DNA of 64,000 nucleotides, from NCBI GenBank assembly GCA_973895155.1, contig OZ316895.1, positions 6,252,036 through 6,316,035 on the forward strand. The letters run 5' to 3'. Both the position numbers and the translations under genes were made by a program. The DNA is from Marsupella aquatica (Eukaryota > Plantae > Marchantiophyta). The first letter of the stretch is position 1; each line of letters starts with the position of its first letter. Shown here piece after piece: positions 38,401 to 51,223 of this stretch. The notes below the pieces were generated by a model. The model saw only the letters and a program-made list of their open reading frames with translations, was not told the origin of the DNA and ran no database searches.

Positions 38401-41400
38401 TGGACATGAATGTCACCCACATGATGAGTAGAGTGGCGAAATTACTCCAGACATGGGAAAGTCTGTAAATATTGCTTCAACCTAAGAGATATTGGTTCAA
38501 AACTCCCAAGGTGCATTCAAATAGTTTTTTGAATCTCATCCACTTCTAACTAAATCAAATTAAGAAATAATCACATTATCCTTTTGTTCTTATCATCTTG
38601 CTACAGAAGGCTTTCACAGATTTGTGGAAGGAAATTAGGGTTATATTTGACTAGCCACTCCCCCAAAAAACGGGCCCTTGTAAGTTGGGTTGACTTCCAT
38701 GGGACTTGCAAAGAAAAGTTTCCTTGGCACAACCTAGTTGGCTAACGTGTCTGTTTAGGAAAATAACACTACTAGAACATATGTCTTCTCTCATAAAATG
38801 GAAGTTTTAAATTATCCCTAGAGTAAAGCAGATGTTGTGCAAGGGGTTTAGTGTTTCGGATGGAGATGACCAAGTCCTTCCTCATTCTTCATTTCCTTTC
38901 TGTCCGATTTCAAAGAGGAAGATGAGCTTGGAGAGGAGGACGAGGACTAGTGCCTGCTGGCTTGCTTGCTGTGTGAGAGGTAAGGTGACACTGAGAAAGG
39001 GATCAGATGCTCAGTGGATAAGGAAGTGGAGAACTGGAGCTTCGAGATTTGGCAACTTTAAATCTGACTGGCACCTTCGAATGTTTCAAATCGTATGTTG
39101 AAGGTCTTGAAGCTCGTTTTGAAGCTCTTGTTGAAAGCTCTTGAATGTAGTTTGTTTTGTCTTGCTTAAGTTGAAGACAGTGGAAGTCTGTGACAAGTAG
39201 GTCATGGCCCGAGTACACATGCGCCAGGTTTTCTTTTGTATCTCGGCACATCATCTCACCTGTCACTTCAAAGCATCCTCTTTAACAATATGCTCTCGAC
39301 CCTTCTGGTTTGTTCTCTCATTATGCGCTTCTAGTGTCCTGTCATCCTCTGTTTGCGTGTAAAGGTCAGCTCTCCATTCAGTTTCCAGATGTCTATTGTA
39401 TTCTCTATTCATGTTAATGATCACAGATCCTCCTGTACGCTCATCTTATGAGATACTTATATTCTTTTTAGGCCTTTCTAGGAAAATCTTTACTTTAAAA
39501 AGTGTTTAAGGGGTACAAAAAAGGAAAATGAGCCTCTTGAAAATAAGAAAGTGTCAAGCAAAAAATTGTTTTCACTTATAAGCTAGGGGTCCAGACCCTG
39601 AACATCGCGCGTGATCCTCCATTCCATACAGTAAATCCCCGGCTTCTAGGTGGTCTTTCTGCCCATGTGGTTAGGTGTTGGTATTGAATTTCATTGTCAC
39701 AGCAGTTTAGATCCAATAAAAAGGGCATCCACATCTGACTTAGATTTTACAACTTTGAACCAATTCTGACCTTGCATGGACCCCAGTAACGGATTAGGGT
39801 TTCCAAGGTTTGATTCTCCCTCTGATTGCCCAGCTGAGGTCTAATTTTCCACCGATGCTTCATGTTGAGGGAAGCCCCTTGGAGATGGGCAGTCTCGTAG
39901 CAGAGCTAGTGCGATTTGAGATTAATTCAAGTAGAAACTCGCTCAAGTGGGTTCATGTACATCCAAGAGGCAGAGATTCCTTTCGTCCCGTATTCCAAGC
40001 TCAATCCTATTGAGAGTGCACCAGCCACGGAAAACAATGCGGTATAGCTATGTACGAGAAATTTCATTTGGAGTAACCTGTCTTGTGCTTCAGATGATCC
40101 AAATGACAGCCGTGATGAAACTCTGTTAGGACTTGAGAGTTTCTAGATATCGATGACGCCACTTTTATTCGTCGGCAGCTATGGTAGAAACTGAAATTCT
40201 GTCACGACGAAATTTAATCAAGATTCAGCGATTCCCAAGTAACTGTCGTAGTGATGTTCCATTAGGGGTTTAGATATTATAGCTAGTATTGACATAGCTT
40301 TAGCAGATTGACGTCAGCTGTGTAGGACCTCAATTACACTCTCCGAAATAATAAAATGCAGAGCGCGAAGTGATCAACCGCTCCCTAATGTGCCAATGAC
40401 GCTAGTAAACCCGGTTAAGCCCCGAGCTCCCTCTATGAGTAAAGTAACCCAGCTATAATAGAGATAGATTTGATACAATAAACTCGACATTCCATCAGAA
40501 TTTTGGAGATTTCAGCTATTTGCATTGGCAATTGTTGCAAATTATCTTCATTTACATACGACCTAAATAGCTGTCTTCTGAAAACTTTGTGTCAAAGATC
40601 TAAAGATCTGAGCTCTTTATTCACACCATGCTTAGAAGCTGATCTTCCCCTTTATACGTCCTGAAAAGTACTTCATCAGGGTTTTAGGGATTTTGAGCTA
40701 CTGACTGCACCTTTGAAAGCAGATTTCGTCAGCTCCATACGAACTGGACTGCATGTGGGAGCTCGAGGACTTGTTGATTTTGCATTCCAGTGACTGCCCG
40801 ACGTGTCTGTAGTTTCCAAATCATGGACTTTGTCTGCCATGACATTGGTTGCTTCTTAGCTGCGAATGTAAGACTATTATAAAATAACAGCTACCCAATT
40901 TCTGAGCAGGCTCCAATACTGGAAGTGAAAAAAAATGACGAGGCATGTATACTGGACAACCGTTGTATACCTTTCCATCTGTGATGGAAATACAGGCACC
41001 ACTTTCTGCTCAAATAGGTTTTGCATCAGGTACTTTAAGCACTGTCCCACTCTCAACCCAGTGGATGCCCTACGGTATGGAGCACTAATGTATGGGATGC
41101 TTGTTTTGAATCTTATGTCAGCTCAAAGGTAATAACTTCTGCTGACTGATGATCAATGAACTCAGCACTGAGTTTATTCGTAAGAAAATTCAGATCGTAT
41201 TCTTTTGCAAAGGATCAGCAGTTTCCACACCTCTTTCCTAGTTCATGTATGAGCTGGTGGAACCTTTCTATGGCTATCATGCGAAGTTTTGTTACACTGA
41301 GGAATTGGCAGAAAGAAACGTGATGCATGCATAGTCACAAGGATTAAAGCTGCGGTTCAGGACCTAAAGAAAGTCAAATTTGTTTCGGGACGTCCTCCAG

Positions 41401-41940
41401 CTATGCACAATTGGAGTGACATGTTTGAGTTTTTCTTGGTCTGACGGGTTCAATTATGCTCCCTCAAAGTAAACAGCAATTCTGCCCAAAACTGATAGTT
41501 GAGATTAATAGGAAGGATAGGTGAGACCTGGTGAACCAGGCACGACCAGTTACCTGAGTGTAAACTGGTTCATCCAGGACAGAATTTTAAAACCGTGTCA
41601 ATCCTATACTCTCTTGTTTATGGTTGGAGGAAATGGTCCTTCTGTCCCCGATGGATCATGTTGGGGCTCTGGTTGGTCTCATCGGTACTATATGATGGTT
41701 TCCATCAGTCTTTCAGTCATTCGTTTGCACTTCCTCGAAGTTGAGGCTCCGTTATCCTAGTGAAGCCCAACTTTGTCCTCAATTTCCATAGAACTGTCGG
41801 GTCGGATGCAATTGATATTTCCACGGTTACAAGCAAATTGTGGCAAGCAACAGAACATAGCACTTCCTAAGTCAGGCTGTCTTAACAAAACCTTTAGTGT
41901 CATCCCTTATTCGATTTGATTCGATCTAATTCCCGTTTTC

Positions 41941-42009
41941 TTACGATCTACCAAAACTGAAAAATGGGAGATGTCCATTTCTTGCGATCTACCAAAACTG
42001 AAAAATGGG
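41941..42009. repeat. Short direct duplication (~29-bp unit, 41-bp period)
   Basis: CGATCTACCAAAACTGAAAAATGGGA occurs twice. Confidence 0.8.
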
Positions 42010-42159
42010 AAGTGGATGCCATGGCACATTGACTGTTTGTGTCAGAACTCCTTTCCTTCAATATTAGTTGAATGCCGGGTTTCAAGTTTGAAGCATCGAC
42101 GACAAGGAAGGCACAAAATTATAGCCCAATATGACTCTCGAGTGCGCTAGACAATCGAC

Positions 42160-42184
42160 CTTCTTCTTCTTCTTCTTCTTCTTC
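42160..42184. repeat. (CTT)n microsatellite
   Basis: About 8 consecutive CTT units. Confidence 0.9.
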
Positions 42185-43046
42185 TCTTGACTGTTTAAAA
42201 AATTTAATGGACTTCATCGTTACATCAATTTTTCACAGGTAAGGGTCAAAGATTCTTGGAACAAACCGGAACTTCAAGTCAGGAACCGTAAAGTAGAGTT
42301 GAGCAGCAAGTTTTCCTCCTTTCCATGTCTAGGTGTGGAACAATGATCCAGATACGAAAATGTTTGACTTAGACCCTACTGAACTGTTTGAGTAAAACAC
42401 ACCTAACCAATTTAGAAATCGTCGATTGTCTCTGACTACCAACTCACGAAGAACTTGATTTTCTTGACCACATGAAATAATTGGTTGATGGTTGGCAATG
42501 GATAAACCAAACTACCGTATAGGGGCCATTGAAGCAATATGGGCCAATTATGCCTACAAAAGTAACGACCACTACTATACAGCTTGATATCAGACTCCTT
42601 TTAGCAGACAATGAACAGATTACCAAACCTTTTGAAACTCTCGTCTCCGTTGGGATCTGGTGGTAAACTTACCGTAAAGATGATCATCACGAAGCAGGCA
42701 GTGGGCGCTTTGGACGGACTTTTGCTACACAGGGCTAGTTTGAGCAGTACCAGTGACTAAAATCTCCAATAACCCACATTGGATGAAGTAAGATAGATTG
42801 GACATTGTCATCTATGACCAACCCAATGCAAAAAGTGTAGGGGGGGGTAGAGCCCTCTCACGAGGGCATTGTCCTGGATAAAGTCGGAGGTGCTTTCCCG
42901 GGATATTGCCCTAGTGCAAGGGCGTAAGGGCGCTTGGAGCCTATCACAGGTTTTCTTGCATGTTTGGTAGCTAATAAGAAGCCCAGTTGGGTTACACATC
43001 TGCCCCAAGCATTAAGTCAGATAAGCGCACAAGTACAACGAAAATC

Positions 43047-43253
43047 CAGGGAGGATTTTTATAGGTAACAAACAAGCACATGTCTCAACATGGAACCAAA
43101 AAGGAGACAACATTCTCAAAAATTACAAAGGCATTATTCCATACCTGGATATACAGGGAGACTTTTTATAGGTAACAAACAAGCCCATGTCTCAACATGG
43201 AACCAAAAAGGAGACAACATACTCAATAATTACAAAGGCATTATTCCATACCT
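43047..43253. repeat. Tandem duplication, 107-bp period, two copies
   Basis: CAGGGAG...TTTTTATAGGTAACAAACAAGC...GGCATTATTCCATACCT repeated with few mismatches. Confidence 0.9.
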
Positions 43254-45296
43254 AGTGCAAACGTCAGAGCATTCCCACTACAGGGCTGTTAGTGCCCTAG
43301 AAAATACGTTTACATCTAAGGACCATCATGAAGAAATCGTAACGTCATAACTGTCCACAAGAACTCTCTATTTTTTAGGGCTGTTGTCAAAGCTCTGGTA
43401 GATTTTCTAGTTCAGATGTAAACATTCTGTAATCTCTGGTTGGTGATGGATTACTAGCAGGGCCAATAGAGGAAAGTAAAACTTTTTATCTCATGCAAAG
43501 TGCATATCTTGCCAGAGGATATCTATTTTCTTTTCACATATTTGTGTTCTTTAGTGACAGTTCTTTAGTTTCTGAACCTGAACCTTAGATAGACCGAGCC
43601 ATTCCCTGTTTATCCCCATGGACTGTGTAAAGGATTAGCTAGTTTACACTGAAACCAAAAGGGACCAGTTGTGTTTTGGATGGATTTCAAAAGTGAAAAT
43701 GCATTCACAGGTTTCTGAAAATGTCATCTCCTCAGTATATTGCTCAGCAGTATTGCATGGAGAAGAATGGAGCTTCTTTGTGTTGAAGCTTGCAATGCAA
43801 GCTGAATGGATCATTGAGCTGGTTGGTCTGATAAAAGATTTTTTGGCCACTTGGTTACTCCTGCATAGCGGATTGGAGCCAGCCACTGGAGAAATTTGCC
43901 AAGTTGTGACCAACTGCACAAGTACTTAGGGCATCTTCAAAACCCAACCTGGCTGACATCTTGACTATTTATTCAGCAGCGTTGTCAAGTCATAAATGTC
44001 TCACAGTGGAAATCTTACCATTAAATTGTGCATACATCTCCATTTATTGCGAGTCTTTTGGATCTCAATTTAAGCTCAAATATTCTCAACATGTTCTCTG
44101 ATCAATTACGTTACAAAGTTTGAGACTGTTTTGAGATCATTTCCTGGAATTCCAATTAGCACAAAGATGGGCAAAATGATAATTAAATGACTTCACCAAT
44201 GGACTGTTTGACCCTTTGTGGCCAATGCTCCAAAAGAACAAGTAAAGTGACTGAAACAGGCTGTGAAGGGCCAAGAGACCCTTTATAGATCACTTTTGAA
44301 TTGAAAAGTGCAAAACTAAGGTGTGATCCAAGGCATATTTTGACATTATTCACGCATATACAAGAAGTTATTTCATCCAAGTTTAAATAACCTATTAGAA
44401 TCATAAAGATGACAAGCTTATGTAAGTTGCTATTCAAAATTGCTTTTAGTGTGATTTTGAGATAGTTCCACCTGCAATCTCATGGACTTAAGATTTTTGC
44501 AAACAGTTTTAATATATTTTTAAAAAATTAATATTCTATGTCATGTTTTAGGAGTCTCCACATTATTCTTCTAGTTCTTATTTGCCTATTTGCAAGGCCA
44601 TAGCCTGAAGTTAAGATGTGGGTGTAGACATCATAATTGCAGTTACCCTTTGTAATGGTATTTGCTCATGCTACTTCAAAATATCTATAATTATTGTATC
44701 TACCCTAAGTACACATTTATAGAAGTTGTGCACTATTAATTCATATAGCTACATCATTTTAATGTTTTTTAAATTATTCCAAATAGATATAAAACTAGGC
44801 TAGGAGATCATTTTCAATTTTATCAAGCATATTGTCAAAGTAATGCAAATAAAGTAATCATGAAATTTTTAATGGTCTCAAGCAAGGCGACAAGAGTGGA
44901 GAAGTGACACCCAGACACACTCAAATATGTGCCCAATGCAAGGAGGTGTTGGCCAAGGGTTGCAGGCCATGAAAAAGTCATAATAATTTTCAATTTAAAT
45001 ATGTTATGAGGTACTAGAAACACATAACTGTATTGCCTGACGCAATGGTAGTGGATTTCAATTGGGAAAATGAGATAGCAAGATGAAGAAGACTCTAATT
45101 TGTTTTCTATATTTTTAATCAAAGGAAGAGAATCGGGAGCATAGAGAGTAACTTAGAGGGGTTTCATAAACTTGGGATAAAAAGAATGTTAACAGAGTAT
45201 ACACTATCAAAATCCCATCTAAATTGGATTTGGGGTAGTAGTCTACAAAAATAATATGATGTTTTGAACTATAATTAATGATAGAGATAAGTAATC

Positions 45297-45715
45297 TCAC
45301 TTATCAGTTATCAGTCATCTCCATCAGTCAGCCTAATACCAATTGCCACCTCATCTTAGAGAGGCTACCGAGTTGCGGTGCAAGAAATTTTTTGATTTTT
45401 TTCACAATTTAAGGGGTACAGACACCTGCCCATCTCAGCTGACCTTGCCAAGATGGGATGTACGAACACCCATAGTTTAAAAAATGGTGTCTGTACAATA
45501 TGGACACCAAAAATTTCCTCTTTTTTTTAAATTGTATGTTTTTTCGTCCAATTTTTTTGTCCATACACCTATCTCGGCGAGGTCAGCCGAGATTGAGTCA
45601 ATCTCAGCTGCCCAACTGAGATGCATAGACCCCATGATCTCAGGTACTCAGCTGAGATTCAAAAACAATTTAGCGTCAAAACTAATAATTGATATCAGTG
45701 GTCATTGATAAGTGA
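45297..45715. mobile_element. Possible MITE remnant with internal palindromic ATCTCRGC...GAGAT motifs
   Basis: Ends TCACTTATCAGT / ATTGATAAGTGA (11/12 inverted match) and four internal imperfect palindromes; no clear TSD. Confidence 0.35.
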
Positions 45716-45946
45716 TGATGTTGTGTACCCCCTAATGACAAAGACATATCTTTCACAAAACAATTTCTTGTTTTAATCACTTCATAAAATCATGACAACA
45801 TGCATGAACTTAAAGCCCCCATGGACACAGACCTTTGCTATGAAGGCCTGGATGGACACATAAGGTTGACAATGTCACAACAATACCCATTGACACCCGA
45901 AATGGATACCAGTCACTCATGAACAAAATCTAACCATGGTTCATAC

Positions 45947-47004
45947 CTCAAGGGTTTCACTTCCACAAAAATGGCATATCACGTGCAACGAAGTATAGGG
46001 TCATTTTATTGGTTCAAAGGGAAGACTTAAACCACAACTCCGACTATTTAAGGAGTTGTGGGACAGTATGGCCATAAAGGAGTATCACACTTAAGTGAAA
46101 GAAAGTATCAGGGAGGAGAAAGAGGAGAAAACAGTAAAATTAATTTATTTTTATTCCAAAAAATATGTCATTTTTGAAACGGAAAACACCAGGCCATAGA
46201 TCTCCTCAAGATCTTTCATTTGTGCCCTAGATTGCCTTTTTATGTGGACAAAAAATATTTTTATTAGCAAAAACAATCAATGGTATAGATTTCAGTAGAG
46301 ACCGAATCAACGGCCAGGAATGTTTAGATTTGTTTTATTTTTCATTTGAAAACTATTCAACCATTTTCAAAATGGAAAACACCCATCCGTAGATCTCATT
46401 GAGATCTTTCATCTGAGCCATAGATCGCCTACTAAAGTGGACGGATGAGATTCACAAAGATGATAAGGGCAGACGGCTCAGATCTCCTCGTCCCCCCAAA
46501 ATTCAAAATTTGAATTTGACCTATCATATTTCACCGTTTGTTTTTTGATATTTTCTCACAAAATATTAAATCTTTTTGTCTCCATTTTTGGTGAGACGTA
46601 GATCTCACTGAGATCTACGTTTTGAGCCATAGATCGGATCGGATCATGGCATAGGATGGGCGTAGCAGTAAGTAAATATTGAATGGCTCAGGAGAGGCGC
46701 AGCTGTGCTTCCCAATGAACGGTCACTCGATGCACGTATTAATGAGGACTTCGGGTTACCCGGAGTCCTTTGTAGTAGAATTTGCGGTTTATGAAATTTC
46801 TGAGAATAACAATAGGGTCTTTTAAATCCAATTTCGAGACTTATAAGAACATTAGGGTCCTTATAACCAATTTTTGGAATATTCCAAGAATATTCCAACT
46901 TTATAGGGGTTGAAAAATAAAATATATTTCCTACATTTTAGGGGGTCCGAGGTCTAAAGACGTCACAGGTGATGGGGAGGCATCCATATAGTGAGACCCT
47001 TGAG
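45947..47004. mobile_element. MITE of the same family as 21595-21890 (opposite orientation), expanded by a nested ~760-bp insertion
   Basis: TIRs CTCAAGGGTTTCAC / GTGAGACCCTTGAG, flanked by GTTCATAC on both sides. 45947-46030 plus 46793-47004 align to the short copy. Confidence 0.88.
46031..46788. mobile_element. Non-coding TIR-like element inserted at a TTAA site
   Basis: Flanks TTAA / TTAT; ends ACCACAACTCCGACTA versus reverse complement ACCGCAAATTCTACTA; the other MITE copies have a single TTAA at this point. Confidence 0.65.
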
Positions 47005-48409
47005 GTTCATACATGAAGTAGGTTTAGTCTCTGTTGTTTTCCTTCCATCCTTCCTTCAACCCATGGAAGCTCGCTGCCAAGAATGCTTATGAATTGCCTC
47101 CCTTTGTCACGGAGATATGGCCACCATAACAACAACTTTGAATCGGGTAAGCTTGACATGCTCGTTGGCATGGCAGGGGATATGCTCTAGTCCCAATCAT
47201 GTTAGCAGAATCAAATTGAATGTGTTTTGATCTAGGCTTTATTGCATTCGATCCAGGCTGAATTTGCCAAACAACCATGTAGGATGCGAGTTCTCCAAGG
47301 AAGCATTGAACTTTTACATCGGGAGGAGTTCTTGCCAAATCACAGCTGGAGTAAGTTGGTGTCAAAATTACCAATCGATTAAGTCTGATAGCTTAACTTG
47401 TAACTGTTACATTGGGAGGACTCATTGGTGCAACACAATCCTCCGTGTGTAACATTTCTGATTTTGATTGAGGACTTATGAGGGCTAGGATCAAAACAAG
47501 TCGGATTTGGATTGGAAAGTGAAAGAACAGGATTGAGGACTTATTCAATCCAAAGCACGACCTGAAATCATCTTAGCTTCCTGACAGGTAAGGCATTGCA
47601 ATCGCTGGTGGAATGAACAAGCTGAACTCTATGTGATTGCCGATGTCCAACTCCTGGGCTTCACCTTTTTGACATCAGTTGACTAGAAGACAAGTACTAC
47701 TGGTGGGCAAAATCTATTAATGAACTGTCTTCCCTATAAGAGATGTGATCACATACATGTTGATTGTTTGCACACAATGGAAAACAATGTTATAGCCGCT
47801 ATTGAATTCATGCATGGACATTATGTGCTCCTCCATGACATTAACTTACACAAAGCATAATTATGGTATGCTGCTAACACACTAAACGTGCTTCTGAGAT
47901 TCGCGTGAAGATCTGACCTGTGTTGCACACAAAGGACCCTAGATGTGACCAAATTGTAATCAATATTTGAACTATTGCCTTATAATGCACACGAGTTGAA
48001 CAAGTTGCAGATACACCATGGACCCTACAGATATCTTTGCTTCAGGGTCTTGGCCAGATACTAATTAAAGAACATGAGCTTGAATGTGCATCCTATGACA
48101 CCAGCAATTCTGATTCTGATTATTGTAGTGACAACTCTGAAGAAGAATCAGAGCCCACATTTCATGGCAAGGACTCTACGGAATGGACCTTGGGTTCTGA
48201 ATCAGACTCTTAAGGCCATCCAGGATTCAGAGATAGCTCAAAGCAAAATCCTCATATTGATATCAATGAGCTTGTCCAGGATGAGTGCACTGTGAGTTAG
48301 ATCCAACAGAATCAGGTATAGCCTATCTACCTCCAATATGTACATGTTTTGAAAATTTAATCTTGCATTCACTGTTTAACTTCATTGGCAATCATGGGGC
48401 ATGCAGGAT

Positions 48410-49060
48410 TTGTCAACAATCACCAAGTGAACCATCTGAGTTGGAATTAAAACTGCTCAAAGGGCAACAATATGATACTTGGAATAATTTTAGTAGAGCA
48501 TTGGATGAATATGAGGCCAAAGCAGGATGGAGTTTCACTAGAGTTGCTAGGAATAAAACAAAACTCATAGGTAAGTGCCGGGGTAAGTGCAGAGGGTTTG
48601 TTGTGAATGTTTTGGACTCATGCAAAGCTGAACTTTACGTGATCAAGGCACATGAAAGGAAGTGGCAGAGTTTGCATACAAAAAAGCTACGGACCTTATC
48701 CACACCTGTTCACAATCTAAACACAGGTGAAGACATGGTGCTCATAAGAGGCAATGGGTAGAGGAAAAGATCCAATCAAGCATCTGTGTAAACCCAAGCA
48801 CATCCAATAAATACTTGTGAGGGCACCAATCATTCGTGACATCCATTCTGCTGATACTATGCTATGGATTGCACAGCAAGCATGGCAGAAAGTCACCAAA
48901 TCCTAGGGGGTGATCATGGCACAACCTTCCAGATGATTCCAACATGTGTGGCTAAAGTGAAACATATTGACCCTGGCTCACACGTACAGTATGAAACATA
49001 TGAAACTGACAATTGATTCCGCAAAAATTTTATGGCACCAGCATCTTCACAAAATACCTT
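48410..49060 (+). pseudogene. Mutator-like (MuDR) transposase remnant, N-terminal part
   Basis: LKGQQYDTWNNFSRALDEY...NKTKLIGKCRGKC...YVIK (MuDR DNA-binding-domain pattern), then WVEEKI...NP and IDPGSHV...FRKNFMA in shifted frames. Confidence 0.6.
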
Positions 49061-49778
49061 CAACACACTGACCAATTAACCAAGCAACACGTATGAACAC
49101 ACTTCCCATTTTTTCAGAGGCCAAAAAATTTCTAAGGCAAAAAATGATCAGATATGTACTCGGTATTCTTGAGGAAAAAGCCTTTTGATAGAAAAAATTC
49201 GTAGAAAATAATATTGAATACAAAAGTTTTGGTGAAAACACTTTGTCTGTCTACCACCATTTAGGACAAGGGCAGGACCCTGATAGTAGAGGCCCTAGTG
49301 CCCTCCAATAATCTGATGAGTCAACCAGTACTCTCCAGCCACTACTAATGCATCTAACAAGCATAATGTCCTGCAATGTACTGAGAGGGTGAGAGGGAAA
49401 TCACAATCTTGGCCAAATATGGGTGGGGACTACATTGTTAGGCAGGGGACACTAGTAGAAACCGGGGTGTTTTGTGACCCAACCACTTATGACAGGCTTG
49501 ACCACCATTGTGCGCAGCCCACACTTCAGTCATATTTATGTGACTATATACGACGTCTGAGTCATTCTTAAGTCAACATAAGACAGCAAAACATATACAA
49601 CTGTTCATTTTTTGGTCGCTGTCTTATTCCTATGACCAATTAGGAAGGGCGGGAAGGAAGGCAAGCCATTTTAGTCACTAAACTGACCATTACATATTGT
49701 GCACCTAATATGTGTCATGTTACCATTTGGATTTGGCATAATTTGGGGTCATACTTACCTTCTTTTATCCCTATTAGT

Positions 49779-50121
49779 ATGTTCATTTATGTAATAAGGA
49801 TAAGGATTGGAGAGGTTAAGTGCAAAGTGTACAAGTCCACAGTGCTTGACCTAGGTGGGACAGTGGAGGAGAATATAACAGAGGACACCACTCATGTTAT
49901 TACTAAGTCATCCCAAAGCCTGCCGCAAGTTTGGGAAGGGTGACATTCGCTTTTATGTCATGTCCCATAATGTGTTTGTGGTTTCATATGCTTGGCTTGT
50001 GGAATCAGTAGCAGTTGGGAAGCGTCAAAACCCAATGGACTATGATCTTTTTGAGGCCTGGCCACGGAAGGGTCAGGATCCTCACAGTGAAAACTATGTG
50101 ACAACAAGTGAGGGTTATTAG
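49779..50121 (+). pseudogene. BRCT-like domain ORF with one frameshift, inside the CACTA element
   Basis: LGGTVEENITEDTTHVIT (ORF 49710..49943) continues in another frame as VFVVSYAWLVESVAVGKRQNPMDYDL (ORF 49894..50121). Together they match the BRCT pattern lGG...THli...vv..Wl.eS...g.....Y. Confidence 0.7.
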
Positions 50122-50231
50122 CGATTCTGAATCAGAGTGAGGAGTACGTAGTAGCATCAGTTTTGAGACAAGCTTTTTGTACAAATCACATCTTTTAAAT
50201 AAATGTGATATTTGAACTAACGTAGCTTGTT

Positions 50232-50807
50232 ATGGGTGGTCGCAGTTGGACTTATTTTACTGTTGGCGGATTGTTGTTTCCTGCTGCCTGGGGGTGTCAC
50301 TGTAAACTTACTGGGGGTGGGCTCAAATCTTGGCGGCAGACTTTGGTGGGTATGTTGCCTTTCCTACATCACCAGGCGCTATGTAGGCTCCTCCTGTGGG
50401 TTGCCACATGGTTGGCCACTGTTTGGACTCTCCTGCATGGGTTGGTGTTGAAACATATTTTGGCACCGCCTGAGGATGCAAGAGACGATGAATCTTATTT
50501 TTCAGCAGATGAAATAGAAGAGCATAATGTTGTGGGGACTTCCTTGTTGCCTGGTTTGCCAGATGATATAATGCTATCGGATGTGTGGCCCAGAATTCTT
50601 CTATGGTCAAACGCACAAGACATTTGCAAATATAGACTAATTAGCACACAATGGAGGGACTTGGTAGCTAGCTCCCCCCAGTGGAGGGCATTACAACCAC
50701 TTCTTGTAGGCACAGATCGAACCCCACCATGGTATGCCCAGGGCATACTCCTTGATGACCTGATGTACATGCCAGTGTACCTCAGGTGTGACTACCATCG
50801 AGAATAG
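50232..50807 (+). CDS. F-box-like protein (191 aa) with an upstream hydrophobic segment, inside the CACTA element
   Basis: SLLPGLPDDIMLSDVWPRIL...CKYRLISTQWRDLVASS resembles the LPGLPDD F-box of plant F-box/kelch proteins; no kelch or LRR repeats follow. Confidence 0.62.
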   Translation: MGGRSWTYFTVGGLLFPAAWGCHCKLTGGGLKSWRQTLVGMLPFLHHQALCRLLLWVATWLATVWTLLHGLVLKHILAPPEDARDDESYFSADEIEEHNVVGTSLLPGLPDDIMLSDVWPRILLWSNAQDICKYRLISTQWRDLVASSPQWRALQPLLVGTDRTPPWYAQGILLDDLMYMPVYLRCDYHRE

Positions 50808-51223
50808 GGTGGGTATCCAGATGAACTCTGGTAATAACGTGAGGAGATCTCATATTGCTCTCACGCCAAGCACGTTTGTCTATGACTATAGGTGATTGGA
50901 CTCTGGTATGGTCATGGATGTACGTGCTTGGTTGGCCATTGCAGACTGAGGCAGTATAAGTGAGGACAGCGAAGGAGGTGACACCCTGAGACAATTAGGA
51001 ATTTTGTTACAGTGTGACCTGAGAATAGGTACACAATTCAGGAACCTTTCTTGTTTGTTTTTTGGTGGTTGTAGAAAGTCTATGCATGATTTATTACACT
51101 GTATCATGTCATATGTTTTGGTAGATTGTGTGAACATCGGAACACAGCTATACAAGAAATGTATTTTCCACTTTCATAATGAAATGACAATTAAATCTGA
51201 GTGCCTGTGTTCTGAACTCTAAG

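Noticed and set aside
38900-44200. Possible degenerate gene fragments on the minus strand
   Set aside because: Short frames with frequent stops and no recognisable motif; cannot be supported without a homology search.
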